From: a virus
Taxonomy: Duplodnaviria > Caudoviricetes
Direction: 5' to 3' (one strand)
IMG/VR virus record: IMGVR_UViG_3300048850_000107
Span: 1-27,207 of that record
Length of the DNA stretch: 27,207 bases
Shown here: one piece after another, positions 25,926 to 27,207 of the stretch
Position numbering within the stretch: the first letter of the stretch is position 1
Layout: each line of letters opens with the position of its first letter
The notes under the pieces: model-generated
Told to the model about the DNA's origin: nothing
Database searches by the model: none
The model's input: the letters and a program-made list of their open reading frames with translations, nothing else
Translations under genes and position numbers: made by a program

Positions 25926-26831
25926 TTAGCCGGCTGTCCGGCTCAGTTCAGCTTCGAAGGCTTCGAGAACCTGCGAAGGGCGTGCAACCGCGTCGGCGAG
26001 GCCGGCATCAACCGCCTTCTGTCCACGGTAGACCCGCGCCTCAGTGGCGAGAGCGGATTGTTGTGTCAGCCGACCGGCACGGTACCGCGCCACGGTCGCT
26101 GCGAATTCGACGCGAAGCTCCTCGAGCTCCGCCAGTTCCTGCTGAAGCACGTCGTCAGGGATGGCTTCGTAGGGATTGAAGTCGGCCTTGTGCGCGCCGG
26201 CCTTGAGGATTGTGACCTTCAGGCCTTCCTTCGCGAGCCAGGCGCTCATGTCGACATGCATCGAGATGACGCCGATCGAGCCGCAGATACCGGTCTGCGG
26301 GATGACCATCTGCCGGCATGGCGATGCCAGCAGATAGCCGGCCGAGCACGCGTGATCCGTGAGGACCGCAATGGTGGGCTTCACCTGCGAAAGCTCGAAG
26401 ATCTGCTCGGCGCAATCGAACGCGCCGGTCACCTCGCCGCCATAACTGTCGACCTCGAAAACGACGGCCTTGATGTCGTCGCGGTCGATGCAGTCCTGAA
26501 CCTGGGCGCTGATCCCCTCATAGCTGGTCATGCCGCAGGATTTGCCGATCCACTTGCCCTTGTTGACGAGGGAGCCCTCGATCTCGATGAGCGCAATGCC
26601 GGACGCGACAAGATGCGGCCCAGGGTAGATCCTCTCCCCGTCCCAGTCGGTCGCATTGCGGAGCTTCTCGCCGAGCAGCCCCATCTCTTCGCCGCCGGCA
26701 ATATGCGCGGGAGCATCCGGACTGCCGAGCACGCGCGGGCCGAAAGCCCGCGCGATGATGTCGCCCTTCGACGGATGCAGCATCAGCGGCGTGCCGAACA
26801 TCCGACTGGCGATTTCGGGATAGTTCCTCAT
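25926..26831 (-). CDS. Prohead protease, S49 peptidase (lambda C-like)
   Basis: IEIEGSLV, TSYEGI, VDSYGGEV, ACSAGYLLAS, GSIGV and AVDAGLAD motifs. Confidence 0.93.
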   Translation of the reverse strand: MRNYPEIASRMFGTPLMLHPSKGDIIARAFGPRVLGSPDAPAHIAGGEEMGLLGEKLRNATDWDGERIYPGPHLVASGIALIEIEGSLVNKGKWIGKSCGMTSYEGISAQVQDCIDRDDIKAVVFEVDSYGGEVTGAFDCAEQIFELSQVKPTIAVLTDHACSAGYLLASPCRQMVIPQTGICGSIGVISMHVDMSAWLAKEGLKVTILKAGAHKADFNPYEAIPDDVLQQELAELEELRVEFAATVARYRAGRLTQQSALATEARVYRGQKAVDAGLADAVARPSQVLEAFEAELSRTAG

Positions 26832-27207
26832 GCCGTTTTCCTTCTGGAGATGCTCGGAATGCCGGCGTAATGCCGACGCGCCGATGCCCGGCCGTTGACC
26901 TCTTCCTCGGTCTCTTCGCCGGGTTCGGCTGGCGGAGCGGCACTCGCCTGCGATCTGGCTTCGGGTTTGCCCGGGTCGGGATCGAAGCCGAGCCGCTCAT
27001 AGAACGCCCGTTCCCGGGCGCGCTGCTGCGCATCCATCTTCCAGTCCCGCCCCTGCTCGGCCGCTTCCTGCTGGAGCGTCGTCAGGTTGCCGGCGAGCCG
27101 CTCGCTGGCGGCCTGCGCCTCGCGCAGCGGGTCGATCCAGCCTCGGCCGGGACCGATCCAGTCCGCATGGCACCAGGCTGCCGGGTTCTGCTCGAAGGGA
27201 ACGGCGC
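26828..27207 (-). CDS. Portal protein, lambda B family (3' end only)
   Basis: The frame is open to the window edge: WIGPGRGWIDPLREAQA..RL..LTTLQQEAAEQGRDW; the stop overlaps the protease ATG. Confidence 0.9.
   Translation of the reverse strand, partial: AVPFEQNPAAWCHADWIGPGRGWIDPLREAQAASERLAGNLTTLQQEAAEQGRDWKMDAQQRARERAFYERLGFDPDPGKPEARSQASAAPPAEPGEETEEEVNGRASARRHYAGIPSISRRKTA

Larger units (their letters stand above)
6004..27207 (-). mobile_element. Prophage (lambda-like head, long non-contractile tail), left part; continues beyond the window
   Basis: Contiguous portal-protease-scaffold-decoration-capsid-tail-lysis operon on the minus strand, ending in accessory genes and a tRNA-derived att core. 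Confidence 0.95.

Overview
The window holds the left end of a lambda-like siphovirus prophage, probably from a rhizobial alphaproteobacterium (host inferred from gene content and high GC), abutting the right end of a separate, lower-GC island. From 27207 leftwards on the minus strand run portal (partial), S49 protease, scaffold, decoration protein, major capsid, head-tail genes, tail tube, a -1 frameshifted tail chaperone pair, tape measure, tail tip, tail fibre and a lysis cassette. An accessory zone follows, with a doubly frameshifted LigD-type ligase and three unknown genes, ending at the 3' half of a tRNA-Arg(CCT) (6004-6049), an att core. Left of that lie a stand-alone vanadium haloperoxidase-like gene and a ~890-909 aa protein with a PD-(D/E)xK nuclease, P-loop ATPase, probable winged helix and S1 domain. 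That protein is the best candidate for an undescribed, possibly anti-phage, system. Other notable points are an in-frame i-spanin/o-spanin fusion, a 59-aa two-TM counter-oriented gene missed by the ORF track, a second counter-oriented tail moron, an Abi-alpha-like gene beside att, and a duplicated ~52-bp operator/res-like unit. All family calls come from motif recognition by eye; no database searches were run.
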